Of a stretch of 39,786 nucleotides of DNA, positions 8,881 through 19,097 are shown piece after piece. The stretch is from sequence record SRR20825010_29; one strand, written 5' to 3'. Every line of letters begins with the position of its first letter. Position 1 is the first letter of the stretch. The notes beneath the pieces were generated by a model. That model saw only the letters and a list, made by a program, of their open reading frames with translations, was not told the DNA's origin and did no database searches. Position numbers and translations under genes: made by a program.

Positions 8881-9993
8881 TTACAATCTAAAGCCGATAC
8901 CGTATTCAATGGATTCTGCTTTTGCCCAATGAGAGTGTACTGCAACGGTAGCGAATATTTTATCATTAAAAAAATAACGTTTTAAACCCAAGCGACTGTA
9001 TATTCTATTTTCAAATTCATACGGCCAATACACGTAATACCCCAACTGAGTTACAAAAGCAATTTTATTAAACCGCAACTCATGTCCTACAAAAATAGCT
9101 ACGCGTTTGTAGTCTTCATCGCCTGAAAGATTATCTTCTGGATATGCAATAGAACGGTATTTAATTAATTCTTTTAGAAAAGTTGAAAAGAAAACGTCTA
9201 CACCGCCAGTAATCGTGCTTTTATAGCTTAGTCGTTTATCTACATAGGCTGAAAGTTCATAAAAAGGTTCTTGTCCAAGGCCTATAACATCACTTTCATT
9301 CAATCCTGTTCTAAATTCAAAATTGTATTTAAAACGTTCTGAATGATTTTTTTTAAGCGAATCTGCTTCTTTAGGAATATATTCTGGAAACTCTTTATAA
9401 TCTAATTGATAACTAAGCCCCGCATTTAGCGCAAAAGTATTTGTGCTATTATTTGGCGCTTTAAGATTCCCATTACTATAATGAAACAATGTAACCCCAG
9501 CATGAAAACCTAGGCCTTTCCATATATTTTCACGGACAAAATTTCCTTTTAAATAGGTCGTACTTAAAAACTGTGTTCCATATGCATTGTTTATAAAATT
9601 TGTTTCAGCATCATAAGGCTTCTCAGCATATGCAACTCCTGTTCCTACAGAAATCTTTAAATTTCTATTTAAAAAATACCAGCTTAAATGGCTATAAACA
9701 CCTGTAAGATTTCCTAAATATTCGTTATGCATGTTCTGATATGCAACTGAAAAACCCCAATCTGGATAATTATATAAACGCTCCCATTCATTAAACCCAT
9801 AGGTTTTTATGTTATAGGAAAGTATCATTCCAGTGGGATGGCCAGTAATTAAATGCTGAATATCTGGATTGTGTTCTATAATGCTTCCGTAGAAAAAATC
9901 GGCTTCAAGCGAAACTGGTTTTAATTCCTTTTCCTGTGCATAAAGTGAAAAACTTAAAAGAAAAAGTAAAAAGACGAATAAAAGATGTTTCAT
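8881..9993 (-). CDS. Outer-membrane beta-barrel, acyloxyacyl hydrolase/PagL-like family (copy 2)
   Basis: Signal peptide, YNYPDWGFS, HYSNG motif, C-terminal YGIGFRL. Confidence 0.75.
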   Translation of the reverse strand: MKHLLFVFLLFLLSFSLYAQEKELKPVSLEADFFYGSIIEHNPDIQHLITGHPTGMILSYNIKTYGFNEWERLYNYPDWGFSVAYQNMHNEYLGNLTGVYSHLSWYFLNRNLKISVGTGVAYAEKPYDAETNFINNAYGTQFLSTTYLKGNFVRENIWKGLGFHAGVTLFHYSNGNLKAPNNSTNTFALNAGLSYQLDYKEFPEYIPKEADSLKKNHSERFKYNFEFRTGLNESDVIGLGQEPFYELSAYVDKRLSYKSTITGGVDVFFSTFLKELIKYRSIAYPEDNLSGDEDYKRVAIFVGHELRFNKIAFVTQLGYYVYWPYEFENRIYSRLGLKRYFFNDKIFATVAVHSHWAKAESIEYGIGFRL

Positions 9994-10020
9994 ATTTTTT
10001 TCAATGCAGGTAAAGATAAA

Positions 10021-10773
10021 TTAATCTTTAAATAATAACCGCCCTGTGAAAATTTCTTTTACATCCACTATTGGCGGGAGATTATAGCTTAAAATATCGC
10101 CCGTGCCCGTAATTTTTCCTACAATACTTTGACTTGGATTTACAAGCATTTTGTTTGCGCTTCTTTGTGAAACAGTAAGTTCCTCCACTATTAAATCTTT
10201 TCCTTCAAAACGTGGCATTTCATCAGCAAAACTCAAATTTGCTTTTTCCGTTTTACCGGTAATATAAAAAACACTTTGCCCATTGGCTTCAACAACAAAT
10301 TCTTCGCAATTAATATTTAAATAAAAGTCGCCGCTTTTTCTAAATGTTTCCGGGCCCGCTGTAGTATTACTAACTAGGCTAAGTTTAGGAAAAGTGAGTG
10401 TTCCTTCACCAATAACATCATACGCAGAGCTATTTCTAATTTCAGTAATATTCGGCGTGGTAACATATATTTTGGTTATGCCGTAATCTCTCACCAAATT
10501 ACAATCGTTTTGATCCTTGGCCACAAGTGTTTCGTCTTCTACATATACGGAAATATCGCTTAAAAGGTTTTCGCCAGTTTCTAGTAATACTTCCTGAATA
10601 TCGCCTTGTTTTAAATACAACGTAATATCATTTTCTATTCTAATTTTTGAAAAATCTAGTACTTCATATTCCTTTGAAACAGAATTTCCAGCTGATTGCA
10701 TACAATCCCAAGAATTTTCAGAATTACAGGAAACCAAAAGAAACATAACCGCTAAAAATGATAGTTTTTTCAT
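10021..10773 (-). CDS. DUF2807 / head GIN-domain lipoprotein (copy 1)
   Basis: Lipobox LLVSC; WDCMQ, NDCNLVRDYG, IYVTTPNITEIRNS; paralog of 8100..8849. Confidence 0.8.
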   Translation of the reverse strand: MKKLSFLAVMFLLVSCNSENSWDCMQSAGNSVSKEYEVLDFSKIRIENDITLYLKQGDIQEVLLETGENLLSDISVYVEDETLVAKDQNDCNLVRDYGITKIYVTTPNITEIRNSSAYDVIGEGTLTFPKLSLVSNTTAGPETFRKSGDFYLNINCEEFVVEANGQSVFYITGKTEKANLSFADEMPRFEGKDLIVEELTVSQRSANKMLVNPSQSIVGKITGTGDILSYNLPPIVDVKEIFTGRLLFKD

Positions 10774-10776
10774 AAT

Positions 10777-11874
10777 TTATAATCTAACACCTAAGCCAAA
10801 TTCAACACCTTCTACTTTCGCGCCATGTGACTTTAAAGTTACCGCACTAAAAATTTTATTGGTTAAATAATACTTCAAACCAGCTCTAAAATAAATTCTT
10901 CCTTCAAAATCATATGGGTAATAAACATAATACCCAACTTGTGAAACCACTGCCAAATCACTTATTCGCAACTCATGGCCTGCAAAAACCCCAACACGTT
11001 TATAGTCTTCATCGCCTTTTACACCAAATGATGGAAACGCGATAGAAAGGTACTCTGTCTCTTTTTTTAGAAACGGTAAGTAGAAAAAATCTGCCCCTAA
11101 TTGAAGTGTGCTTTTATAACTTAAACGTTTGTCTGCAAATGCAGAAATCACAAAAAATGGATGCTGCCCTAAGTTTAAATAATCACTTTCGTTAAGTCCG
11201 CCACGAAGTACAAAATTGTACTTTATCGGTTCTGAGAATTTTTTAGGAATTGAATCAGAAATGTAGTTTTTTGGAACCTCATCTTCAAAAGAATATTGAA
11301 CGCCCAAATTTACGGTGAATGTATTTGTACTAGAATTTGGTGCAGTAAAATTTCCATTCGAATAATGCATCAAAGTAATTCCAGCCTGAACTCCAACATT
11401 TTTAAAAATATTCTGCTTGTTATAGTTCAACATTAGGTACGTAGAACTCAATACATGACTCCCATAGGCATTGTTTTTGAAGTTTGCATCTATATCAAAA
11501 GGATTGGTATTGTACGTAAGCCCTTGTGCAACTCTAAGAAAAAGATTTCTTCGGAAGAAATAAAAATTGAAATGCCCATAAAGCCCATAATTTTCACCTA
11601 AAACCTCGTAATGCGGATTATGATATAAAAAAGAAAAACCCCAATCTGGGTAGTTATACTCCTGTTGCCAAAACTGCGACCCGTATGTTTTTTTATTGAA
11701 ACCTATTATATAACCGTCTGGATGATTTTTTATTAAATGTGAAATATCCTTATTATGCCTTAGAATAGTACCATAAAAATAATTGGCATCCACAAAGAAA
11801 TCGTCATTGCTTTTTTCTTGTGAAAAAACAAAACAAGTTGTAAAAAGAAGAAGTAAAAAAATTCTTTGGGACAT
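10777..11874 (-). CDS. Outer-membrane beta-barrel, acyloxyacyl hydrolase/PagL-like family (copy 1)
   Basis: Likely start MSQRIF (ATG 11874); YNYPDWGFS, HYSNG, GDEDYKRV, FGLGVRL; paralog of 8881..9993. Confidence 0.75.
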   Translation of the reverse strand: MSQRIFLLLLFTTCFVFSQEKSNDDFFVDANYFYGTILRHNKDISHLIKNHPDGYIIGFNKKTYGSQFWQQEYNYPDWGFSFLYHNPHYEVLGENYGLYGHFNFYFFRRNLFLRVAQGLTYNTNPFDIDANFKNNAYGSHVLSSTYLMLNYNKQNIFKNVGVQAGITLMHYSNGNFTAPNSSTNTFTVNLGVQYSFEDEVPKNYISDSIPKKFSEPIKYNFVLRGGLNESDYLNLGQHPFFVISAFADKRLSYKSTLQLGADFFYLPFLKKETEYLSIAFPSFGVKGDEDYKRVGVFAGHELRISDLAVVSQVGYYVYYPYDFEGRIYFRAGLKYYLTNKIFSAVTLKSHGAKVEGVEFGLGVRL

Positions 11875-11894
11875 TACCACAAAATAAAGCAATC

Positions 11895-12851
11895 TTAAAA
11901 TACCTGAGAAGCTATTTCTCTAATATTGTTACTTTTTCCCATAGAATAATAATGCAAAAAGGGAACACCAGCCTTCACCAACTCTTTACTTTGTGCAATG
12001 CACCAATCAATACCAATCTGCCGTACTTCTTTATTATCTCTGGCTTTCACCACTTCCTTCACCAATGCATCAGGCAAATCCACTTTGAATCTGTGGGGAA
12101 TAAGGTTTAAATGAGTTTTTACGGCTATTGGCTTTAAGCCAGGAATAATTGGGACTGTTATACCTTCAGCTTTGCATTTTTCTTGAAATCTGAAAAACTT
12201 TTCATTATCAAAAAACATTTGAGTAACAATATATTCCGCTCCATTTTCTATTTTCCTTTTTAGAAATTGAATATCACTTTCACTACTCGGCGCTTCCATA
12301 TGTTTTTCAGGATATCCAGCCACTCCCACACAAAAATCTGTTGGATTGGTGTTTTGAAGGGCATCGTCCAAATAGATCCCTTTATTTAAATCACTTAGTT
12401 GCGAAACCAAATCGCAAGCGTATTTATGACCGTTTTTTTCTGGCGTAAAATAGGTTTCGCTTTTTACCGCATCACCTCGAAGTGCCATTACATTGTCAAT
12501 TTCTAAAAATTGAAGATCTATCAAAAAATTTTCAGTTTCTTCTTTCGTGAAACCTCCGCAAAGAATATGTGGCACTGCATCTACATGATACCGGTTTTGA
12601 ATTGCCGCACAAATACCAACAGTTCCTGGGCGTTTCCGAACTATTTTTTTTTCAATCAAACCGTCCTTTACTTCCTTAAAAACATACTCTTCACGATGAT
12701 ACGTAACATTTATATATGGCGGTTTAAACTCCATCAATGGATCAATATTATTGAAAATAGAATGAATATTCTCCCCTTTTAAAGGTGGTAAAATTTCAAA
12801 TGAAAACTGAGATTTTCCGTTTCCGTTTTTTATGTGTTCCGTTACTTTCAT
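11895..12851 (-). CDS. metF: Methylenetetrahydrofolate reductase
   Basis: FSFEILPP, ALRGD, GVAGYPEKH, IVTQMFFD motifs. Confidence 0.95.
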   Translation of the reverse strand: MKVTEHIKNGNGKSQFSFEILPPLKGENIHSIFNNIDPLMEFKPPYINVTYHREEYVFKEVKDGLIEKKIVRKRPGTVGICAAIQNRYHVDAVPHILCGGFTKEETENFLIDLQFLEIDNVMALRGDAVKSETYFTPEKNGHKYACDLVSQLSDLNKGIYLDDALQNTNPTDFCVGVAGYPEKHMEAPSSESDIQFLKRKIENGAEYIVTQMFFDNEKFFRFQEKCKAEGITVPIIPGLKPIAVKTHLNLIPHRFKVDLPDALVKEVVKARDNKEVRQIGIDWCIAQSKELVKAGVPFLHYYSMGKSNNIREIASQVF

Positions 12852-15575
12852 CTAGTCTGCAAGGTTTGTTTTAAGCCAGTTTGTGGCTTCTTCAATATTC
12901 ATGTTTTTTCGTTTCGCAAAATCTGCAATTTGGTCTTCTTTAATTTTTCCAAGTCCAAAATAACGCGCTTCAGGATTTGCAAAATAATACCCAGAAACTG
13001 AAGCTGCTGGCCACATTGCCAAACTTTCGGTAAGCGTAACATCTATGTTTTTATTTACTTTTAAAATTTCCCAAATAATTTTCTTCTCCAAATGATCTGG
13101 GCAAGCTGGATACCCTGGCGCGGGACGAATTCCTTTATATTTTTCTGAAATTAAATCTTCATTTGTAAGATTTTCCTCCGAAGCATAACCCCAATACTTT
13201 GTGCGCACCTCTTTGTGAAGATATTCCGCAAAAGCTTCTGCTAAGCGATCTGCCAAAGCTTTTACCATAATAGCGTTATAGTCGTCATGGTCTGCTATAT
13301 ATTTTGCAGCTAATTCTTGCGTGCCAAAACCTGTACTCACGCAAAAACAACCTATATAATCCTGAATTCCGCTTTCCTTTGGCGCAATAAAATCTGCCAA
13401 TGCAATATTAGGTTTTCCTTTTGCTTTTTGAGATTGCTGGCGGAGTGTTTGGAAAATAGGGTTTTTAGTTTGTAATTTATCAGTTGATGTTTTCAATAAA
13501 ATTTCATCATCATTAATTGTATTTGCTTCAAAAATGCCAAACACTGCGCGAGCCGTCAATAATTTTTCTGAAATAATTTTTTCAAGCATCTTTTTTGCAT
13601 CTTCAAAAAGTTCTGAAGCTTGCTCGCCCACAATTTTATCTGTCAAAATATTTGGATACTTTCCGTGCAATTCCCAACTTCGGAAAAAAGGCGTCCAATC
13701 TATATATTTAGTTAATAAATTTAAATCAAAATCTTTTAAAACTTGAACGCCCAGATGATTTGGTTTTACTATTTCTGAAGCACTCCAATCAATCTGAAAT
13801 TTATTTTTCCGTGCTTCGGAAATAGGCAAATAGGTTTTTACTTTTTGACGCTTTAAAAAATCATTTCGGAAGGTATCGTATTCTTTTTTCAAGTTTTCCT
13901 TATAAACCCCCGAAGTTTCCTTTTTCAATAAATCGCCAACAACCGTTACTGCGCGTGAAGCGTCGTTTATATGAACCACAGCACATTCGTATTGCGGATC
14001 AATTTTTACAGCGGTATGTGCTCTACTTGTGGTGGCGCCTCCAATCAATAACGGAACTTTAAAATTTTGACGTTGCATTTCCTTCGCCAAAAAAACCATT
14101 TCGTCCAATGATGGTGTTATCAAACCACTTAAGCCAATAGCATCCACGTTCTCTTCTTTTGCAGTTGCAATTATTTTTTCAGGTGGAACCATGACGCCCA
14201 AGTCTATAATTTCATAATTATTACACGCCAAAACAACGCCAACTATGTTTTTTCCAATGTCATGAACATCGCCTTTTACAGTTGCCATTAATATTTTCCC
14301 CGCATTTTTTGAATCATTTATATGCGGGTTTTTTAGTTTTTCTTCTTCAATATATGGAAGTAAATATGCCACTGCTTTTTTCATAACGCGTGCACTTTTT
14401 ACCACTTGAGGCAAAAACATTTTTCCGCTTCCAAAGAGGTCGCCAACTACATTCATTCCCGTCATTAAATGACCTTCAATAACTTCAATAGGTTTTGAAG
14501 TGCTTTGTCTAGCTTCTTCAATATCTTTCAATATAAATTCATCAACTCCTTTTACCAGCGCTCTCGTAATACGGTTTTGCAACGGTTCTTCCCGCCAAGA
14601 AAGATCTATCTTACTTTCTTTAGCAGTTCCTATTACGCTTTCTGCAAAATCCAATAATCGTTCGGTGGCGTCCTCACGACGATCGAACATTACATCTTCT
14701 ACATGTTCTAATAGCTCTTTTGGTATATCGTCATAAATCTCCAACATTGTAGGGTTTACGATACCCATGTTCATCCCAGCCTGAATTGCGTGATACAAAA
14801 ACACAGAATGCATTGCTTCGCGAACAGGATCATTGCCGCGAAAACTAAACGATACATTGCTAACTCCACCACTTACGCTAACATGGGGAAGATTTTCACG
14901 AACCCAGCGCGTTGCTTCTATAAAATCGATTGCATTTTTTCGGTGCTCATCCATTCCTGTGGCAACAGGAAAAATGTTTAAATCGAAAATAATATCTTCT
15001 GGGGCAAATTTTACTTGATTTACCAAAACATCATACGATCGTTTGGCAATTTCTATTCTTCGGTTGTAAGTATCTGCTTGCCCCTTTTCATCAAAAGCCA
15101 TCACAATTACCGCGGCTCCATACCGTTTTATAAGTTTTGCATGATGAATAAATTCTGCTTCACCTTCTTTTAAACTAATAGAATTTACAACACATTTTCC
15201 CTGTACAACCTGCAATCCTGCTTCAATAATCTCCCATTTAGAACTATCAATCATAATTGGAACTCGCGATATATCTGGCTCCGCAATTACAAGGTTTAAA
15301 AACTTTACCATTGCTTCTTTGCCATCAATCAAGCCATCGTCCATGTTTATGTCGATGATTTGAGCACCATTTTCAACCTGCTCACGTGCTACGGAAAGTG
15401 CTTCCTCAAAATTTCGTTCTTTAATAAGCCGAAGAAATTTCTTTGAACCTGCCACATTGGTTCGTTCTCCCACATTTATGAAATTGCTTTCTGGGGTAAT
15501 GATTAAAGGTTCTAAGCCTGATAATTTCAGGTATTTTGGTTGTTTGTTGTTGGTTGATGGTTGATGGACTTTCAT
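12852..15575 (-). CDS. metH: Cobalamin-dependent methionine synthase, pterin/cobalamin/reactivation part of a split MetH
   Basis: [40 protein letters not shown]; lacks the homocysteine-binding domain. Confidence 0.95.
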   Translation of the reverse strand: MKVHQPSTNNKQPKYLKLSGLEPLIITPESNFINVGERTNVAGSKKFLRLIKERNFEEALSVAREQVENGAQIIDINMDDGLIDGKEAMVKFLNLVIAEPDISRVPIMIDSSKWEIIEAGLQVVQGKCVVNSISLKEGEAEFIHHAKLIKRYGAAVIVMAFDEKGQADTYNRRIEIAKRSYDVLVNQVKFAPEDIIFDLNIFPVATGMDEHRKNAIDFIEATRWVRENLPHVSVSGGVSNVSFSFRGNDPVREAMHSVFLYHAIQAGMNMGIVNPTMLEIYDDIPKELLEHVEDVMFDRREDATERLLDFAESVIGTAKESKIDLSWREEPLQNRITRALVKGVDEFILKDIEEARQSTSKPIEVIEGHLMTGMNVVGDLFGSGKMFLPQVVKSARVMKKAVAYLLPYIEEEKLKNPHINDSKNAGKILMATVKGDVHDIGKNIVGVVLACNNYEIIDLGVMVPPEKIIATAKEENVDAIGLSGLITPSLDEMVFLAKEMQRQNFKVPLLIGGATTSRAHTAVKIDPQYECAVVHINDASRAVTVVGDLLKKETSGVYKENLKKEYDTFRNDFLKRQKVKTYLPISEARKNKFQIDWSASEIVKPNHLGVQVLKDFDLNLLTKYIDWTPFFRSWELHGKYPNILTDKIVGEQASELFEDAKKMLEKIISEKLLTARAVFGIFEANTINDDEILLKTSTDKLQTKNPIFQTLRQQSQKAKGKPNIALADFIAPKESGIQDYIGCFCVSTGFGTQELAAKYIADHDDYNAIMVKALADRLAEAFAEYLHKEVRTKYWGYASEENLTNEDLISEKYKGIRPAPGYPACPDHLEKKIIWEILKVNKNIDVTLTESLAMWPAASVSGYYFANPEARYFGLGKIKEDQIADFAKRKNMNIEEATNWLKTNLAD
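15534..15568. repeat. Five 7-mer units, left arm of a 35-bp inverted repeat flanking the four-helix-bundle gene
   Basis: TTTTGGT TGTTTGT TGTTGGT TGATGGT TGATGGA; lies within the first codons of metH ([11 protein letters not shown]). Confidence 0.85.
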
Positions 15576-15586
15576 TATATTTTCTT

Positions 15587-15928
15587 TTAATAATTAATAA
15601 ATCCATTCAACAGTTTTTTACAACTCTCGATTTGAAAAATGATGTCATTCAATTGATTTTCAGTTATAAAATTTTGATCTGATGCAAGAAGCAATTGAGT
15701 TTCTATTTCATAAAGTGATCCGCGCGAAACATATAAAAATTGAACTGTGTCTTTTGAAGTTCTTCTTCCGAAACCTTCTGCAATATCTGAAGGGATTGAA
15801 ACCGCACATCTTCTTGTTTGATTTGTCAATCCATATATTTCCTCTTTCGGAAAACTTTTCGTCAATTCATAAACAGTATTGACAAGCTTCCGAGATAATT
15901 TCCAAACATCCAAATCTCTATACTCCAT
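15587..15928 (-). CDS. Four helix bundle protein (23S rRNA IVP / Avd-like family)
   Basis: [45 protein letters not shown] family motifs; 113 aa. Confidence 0.93.
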   Translation of the reverse strand: MEYRDLDVWKLSRKLVNTVYELTKSFPKEEIYGLTNQTRRCAVSIPSDIAEGFGRRTSKDTVQFLYVSRGSLYEIETQLLLASDQNFITENQLNDIIFQIESCKKLLNGFINY

Positions 15929-15936
15929 AATATTTC

Positions 15937-15971
15937 TCTATCAACTATTAACCAACAACAATCAACTAAAA
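15937..15971. repeat. Five 7-mer units, right arm of the 35-bp inverted repeat
   Basis: TCTATCA ACTATTA ACCAACA ACAATCA ACTAAAA; 30/35 identical to the reverse complement of 15534-15568; contains the dehydratase stop codon (15966-15968). Confidence 0.85.
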
Positions 15972-16907
15972 AGGTAAATTTTTCAAATCCACATTTCCGC
16001 CAGAAATTATTATTCCTACTTTCTTGTTTTTGAAGCTGTTTTTTTCACGAAGTAATGCTGCAAAAGCAACTGCACTACTGGGTTCAACTATTATTTTCAG
16101 ACGCTCCCAAATAAGTTTCATCGCCCCAATAATTTCAGTTTCTTCAACCCTGATTACTTCTGAAACAAGTTCTTTTATAATTGGAAAATTTATATCGCCA
16201 AGAAAAGTTTTAAGGCCATCTGCTATAGTCTCTGTGGAATTGTTGAATTCTATTTTTCCACTTTTCAAACTTCGATACGCATCGTCAACTTCAAAAGGTT
16301 CACCGCCAATAGTTTTACAGTTTTCACCAAAATATTTTGCTGAAAGTGAAGTTCCAGCAACTAGCCCACCACCACCGACTGGTGTGAAAATAAAGTCTAA
16401 ATTAGGGTACAATTCTAGCAACTCTGCCGCTGAACTTGCATTGCCAAGAATTACATTTTTATCGTTTGAAGGGTGAATAAAAGTAGCTCCCGTTATTTTT
16501 TGAATTCGTGCAGCTTCGTTTTCACGAGCGATTGCTGTAGATTCAGATTCTGTTATTATTCCGCCATAGCCTTTTACGGCTTCTTTTTTTACTTGGGGAG
16601 CATTTTTTGGCATCACAATATATGCCTTAACTCCAAGATTTTTTGCAGCTAATGAAAGGGCTTGCGCAAAATTTCCCGAAGAATGTGTTACAACTCCTGC
16701 TTCTTTTTGTGCTTCAGAAAGTTGCAAAATAGCATTGGTTGCGCCACGCATTTTGAAAGCACCCATCTTTTGAAAATTCTCGCATTTAAAAAATATTTCT
16801 GCTCCCACAAGTTCATTTAAATAAGAAGATTTAAGCACAGCTGTTTTGTGAACGTATGGTTTTACACGTTTACAGGCTTCTTCAACTTCTTTCTTTGTGG
16901 GGATCAT
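15966..16907 (-). CDS. PLP-dependent serine/threonine dehydratase or serine racemase-like enzyme
   Basis: KCENFQKMGAFKMRGA, HSSGNFAQA, PVGGGGL, IISGGNVD; no ACT domain. Confidence 0.88.
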   Translation of the reverse strand: MIPTKKEVEEACKRVKPYVHKTAVLKSSYLNELVGAEIFFKCENFQKMGAFKMRGATNAILQLSEAQKEAGVVTHSSGNFAQALSLAAKNLGVKAYIVMPKNAPQVKKEAVKGYGGIITESESTAIARENEAARIQKITGATFIHPSNDKNVILGNASSAAELLELYPNLDFIFTPVGGGGLVAGTSLSAKYFGENCKTIGGEPFEVDDAYRSLKSGKIEFNNSTETIADGLKTFLGDINFPIIKELVSEVIRVEETEIIGAMKLIWERLKIIVEPSSAVAFAALLREKNSFKNKKVGIIISGGNVDLKNLPF

Positions 16908-16909
16908 AT

Positions 16910-17917
16910 TTAATTATTTTGAGTTTGAAAAACAGGACGTGGCTTGTAGTTTGAAGCAATTTCAGCTATCGCTTGTATGTGTTCAGGCGTTGTGCCACAG
17001 CAACCACCAATAATATTCACTAACTGTTTGTCTAAATATTCTTTTACCTGTGATGCCATTTGCGTCGGACTTTCATCATATTCTCCAAACGTGTTTGGCA
17101 GTCCGGCATTTGGATAGGCGCTAATAGCAAGATTGGTGCGGTTAGCAATCACTTCAAGGTGAGGCGTAAGTTGTTTGGCGCCCAAAGCACAATTAAAACC
17201 AATGCTTAATAGCGGGATATGCGAAATGGAAATTAAAAACGCTTCAGCCGTTTGCCCAGAAAGTGTACGCCCAGAAGCATCTGTAATGGTTCCACTTATC
17301 ATAATTGGGATATCGATATTCCGTTCTTCTTTTATTTCATCAATTGCAAAAAGTGCGGCTTTGGCATTTAGCGTGTCAAAAATAGTTTCTACCAAAAGTA
17401 AATCTACGCCGCCATCTATTAAAGCTTCACATTGTTGTTTGTATGCTACACGTAATTCTTCAAAAGTAACGGCGCGAAAACCTGGATCGTTTACGTCTGG
17501 GCTCATGCTTGCTGTTTTGTTGGTTGGCCCAATAGCACCAGCTACAAATCGTGGTTTGTTTGGTTCTTTTTTTGTGAATTCCGCAGCAACTCTTTTTGCA
17601 ATTTTAGCCGATTCATAATTCAGTTCGTAAACCAAATCTTGCATATCGTAATCTGCCATTGCTATTGTAGTGCTAGAGAAAGTGTTTGTTTCAACAATAT
17701 CTGCCCCCGCAGCAAAATATTTTGAATGAACCTCAGCAATTGCATAGGGTTGTGTTAGCGAAATTAAATCGAAATTTCCCTTCACTGATTTGTGAAAATC
17801 TTTAAATCGTTCCCCACGAAAATCTTCTTCCGAAAATTTATAGCGTTGTAGCATTGTCCCCATAGCACCATCGAGAATCAATATTCGGTTTTGTAACGCT
17901 TTTTGTATTTTATTCAT
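16910..17917 (-). CDS. metH: Homocysteine-binding (N-terminal) subunit of split methionine synthase
   Basis: LDGAMGTM, ETNTF, GFNCALG, IIGGCCGTTPEHI zinc ligands. Confidence 0.93.
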   Translation of the reverse strand: MNKIQKALQNRILILDGAMGTMLQRYKFSEEDFRGERFKDFHKSVKGNFDLISLTQPYAIAEVHSKYFAAGADIVETNTFSSTTIAMADYDMQDLVYELNYESAKIAKRVAAEFTKKEPNKPRFVAGAIGPTNKTASMSPDVNDPGFRAVTFEELRVAYKQQCEALIDGGVDLLLVETIFDTLNAKAALFAIDEIKEERNIDIPIMISGTITDASGRTLSGQTAEAFLISISHIPLLSIGFNCALGAKQLTPHLEVIANRTNLAISAYPNAGLPNTFGEYDESPTQMASQVKEYLDKQLVNIIGGCCGTTPEHIQAIAEIASNYKPRPVFQTQNN

Positions 17918-17930
17918 TTCTTGGTTTCAA

Positions 17931-19097
17931 TTAAAGTGCTGCAAAAGCATTTTTTAAATCGTTCTTTATGTCTTTTACGTGTTCCAATCCAATAGAAATA
18001 CGAACCAAACTGTCTGTAATTCCAACTTCAAGCCTGTCTTCTTTCGTTAATTTACTATGTGTAGTTGATGCAGGATGGGTTACAATTGTTCGAGAATCGC
18101 CTAAATTTGCTGAAAGCGAACACATTTTTAAAGAATCTAAAAATGTTCGCCCAGCATGAAGCCCTCCTTTTATTTGAAATGCAATTACATTTCCACCCAT
18201 TTTCATTTGCTTTTTTGCAATTTCATAGTTTGGATAGGATGGCAGAAAAGGATATTTCACATCAACTACCATTTCGTGGTCTTCTAAAAATTGTGCTATT
18301 TTCAATGCGTTTTTACAGTGTTTTTTCACTCTTACCGAAAGTGTTTCCAAACTTTTTGAAAGTATCCAAGCATTAAATGGGGAAAGTGCTGGTCCTGTAT
18401 TTCTGGCAAATAAATATATTTCACGAATCAACTCTTTTTTTCCCACGGTTACACCTCCTAAAACCCTACCCTGACCGTCAATCAATTTTGTGGCGGAATG
18501 AATAACTAAGTCGGCTCCAAATTTTATTGGATTCTGCAAAAAGGGCGTTGCAAAGCAATTATCAATAACCAGCAACAAATTATGTTTCTTAGCAATTGCG
18601 TTTAACTTTTCAAGATCTATAATAGCCACCGCAGGATTTGTGGGCGTTTCAGCATAAAGAATTTTTGTTTTTGAAGTAATAATAGATTCAATAGTATCTA
18701 ACTCATCTATTTTGAAATAACTTGTAGTAATATTCCATTTTGGAAGAAACTTAGTAAATAAGGTATGTGTAGAACCAAAAACACTTCGGCAGGAAACAAT
18801 ATGATCGCCACTATTTAGTAATGCTGCAAAAGTGGAAAACACCGCAGCCATGCCAGTGGCAAAAGGATATCCAGCTTCAGCACCTTCCAATGCGCACATT
18901 TTTTCTACAAACTCTGAAGTATTCGGGTTTGTAAAACGACTGTAGATATTGGTTTCCTTTTCTTCAGCAAAAGAAGCACGCATATCTTCTGCATCATCAA
19001 ACACAAAGCTTGATGTTAGAAAAAGTGGGACGGAATGCTCCTTAAATTGACTGCGTTCATTCTGAATTCGAATTGCTTCTGTTTCGAGCTTTTTCAT
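17931..19097 (-). CDS. metZ: O-acylhomoserine sulfhydrylase (MetZ-like), Cys/Met PLP family
   Basis: IYSRFTNP, HSATKLIDGQGRVLGG, ANLGDSRTIVTHPASTTH. Confidence 0.8.
   Translation of the reverse strand: MKKLETEAIRIQNERSQFKEHSVPLFLTSSFVFDDAEDMRASFAEEKETNIYSRFTNPNTSEFVEKMCALEGAEAGYPFATGMAAVFSTFAALLNSGDHIVSCRSVFGSTHTLFTKFLPKWNITTSYFKIDELDTIESIITSKTKILYAETPTNPAVAIIDLEKLNAIAKKHNLLLVIDNCFATPFLQNPIKFGADLVIHSATKLIDGQGRVLGGVTVGKKELIREIYLFARNTGPALSPFNAWILSKSLETLSVRVKKHCKNALKIAQFLEDHEMVVDVKYPFLPSYPNYEIAKKQMKMGGNVIAFQIKGGLHAGRTFLDSLKMCSLSANLGDSRTIVTHPASTTHSKLTKEDRLEVGITDSLVRISIGLEHVKDIKNDLKNAFAAL

Noticed and set aside
13460-13492. Possible degenerate heptamer array in a MetH loop ([12 protein letters not shown])
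   Set aside because: Period breaks (7, 7, 8) and similarity between units is too weak
15587-15928. Diversity-generating retroelement, suggested by the Avd-like fold
   Set aside because: No reverse transcriptase and no TR/VR repeat pair seen in the window
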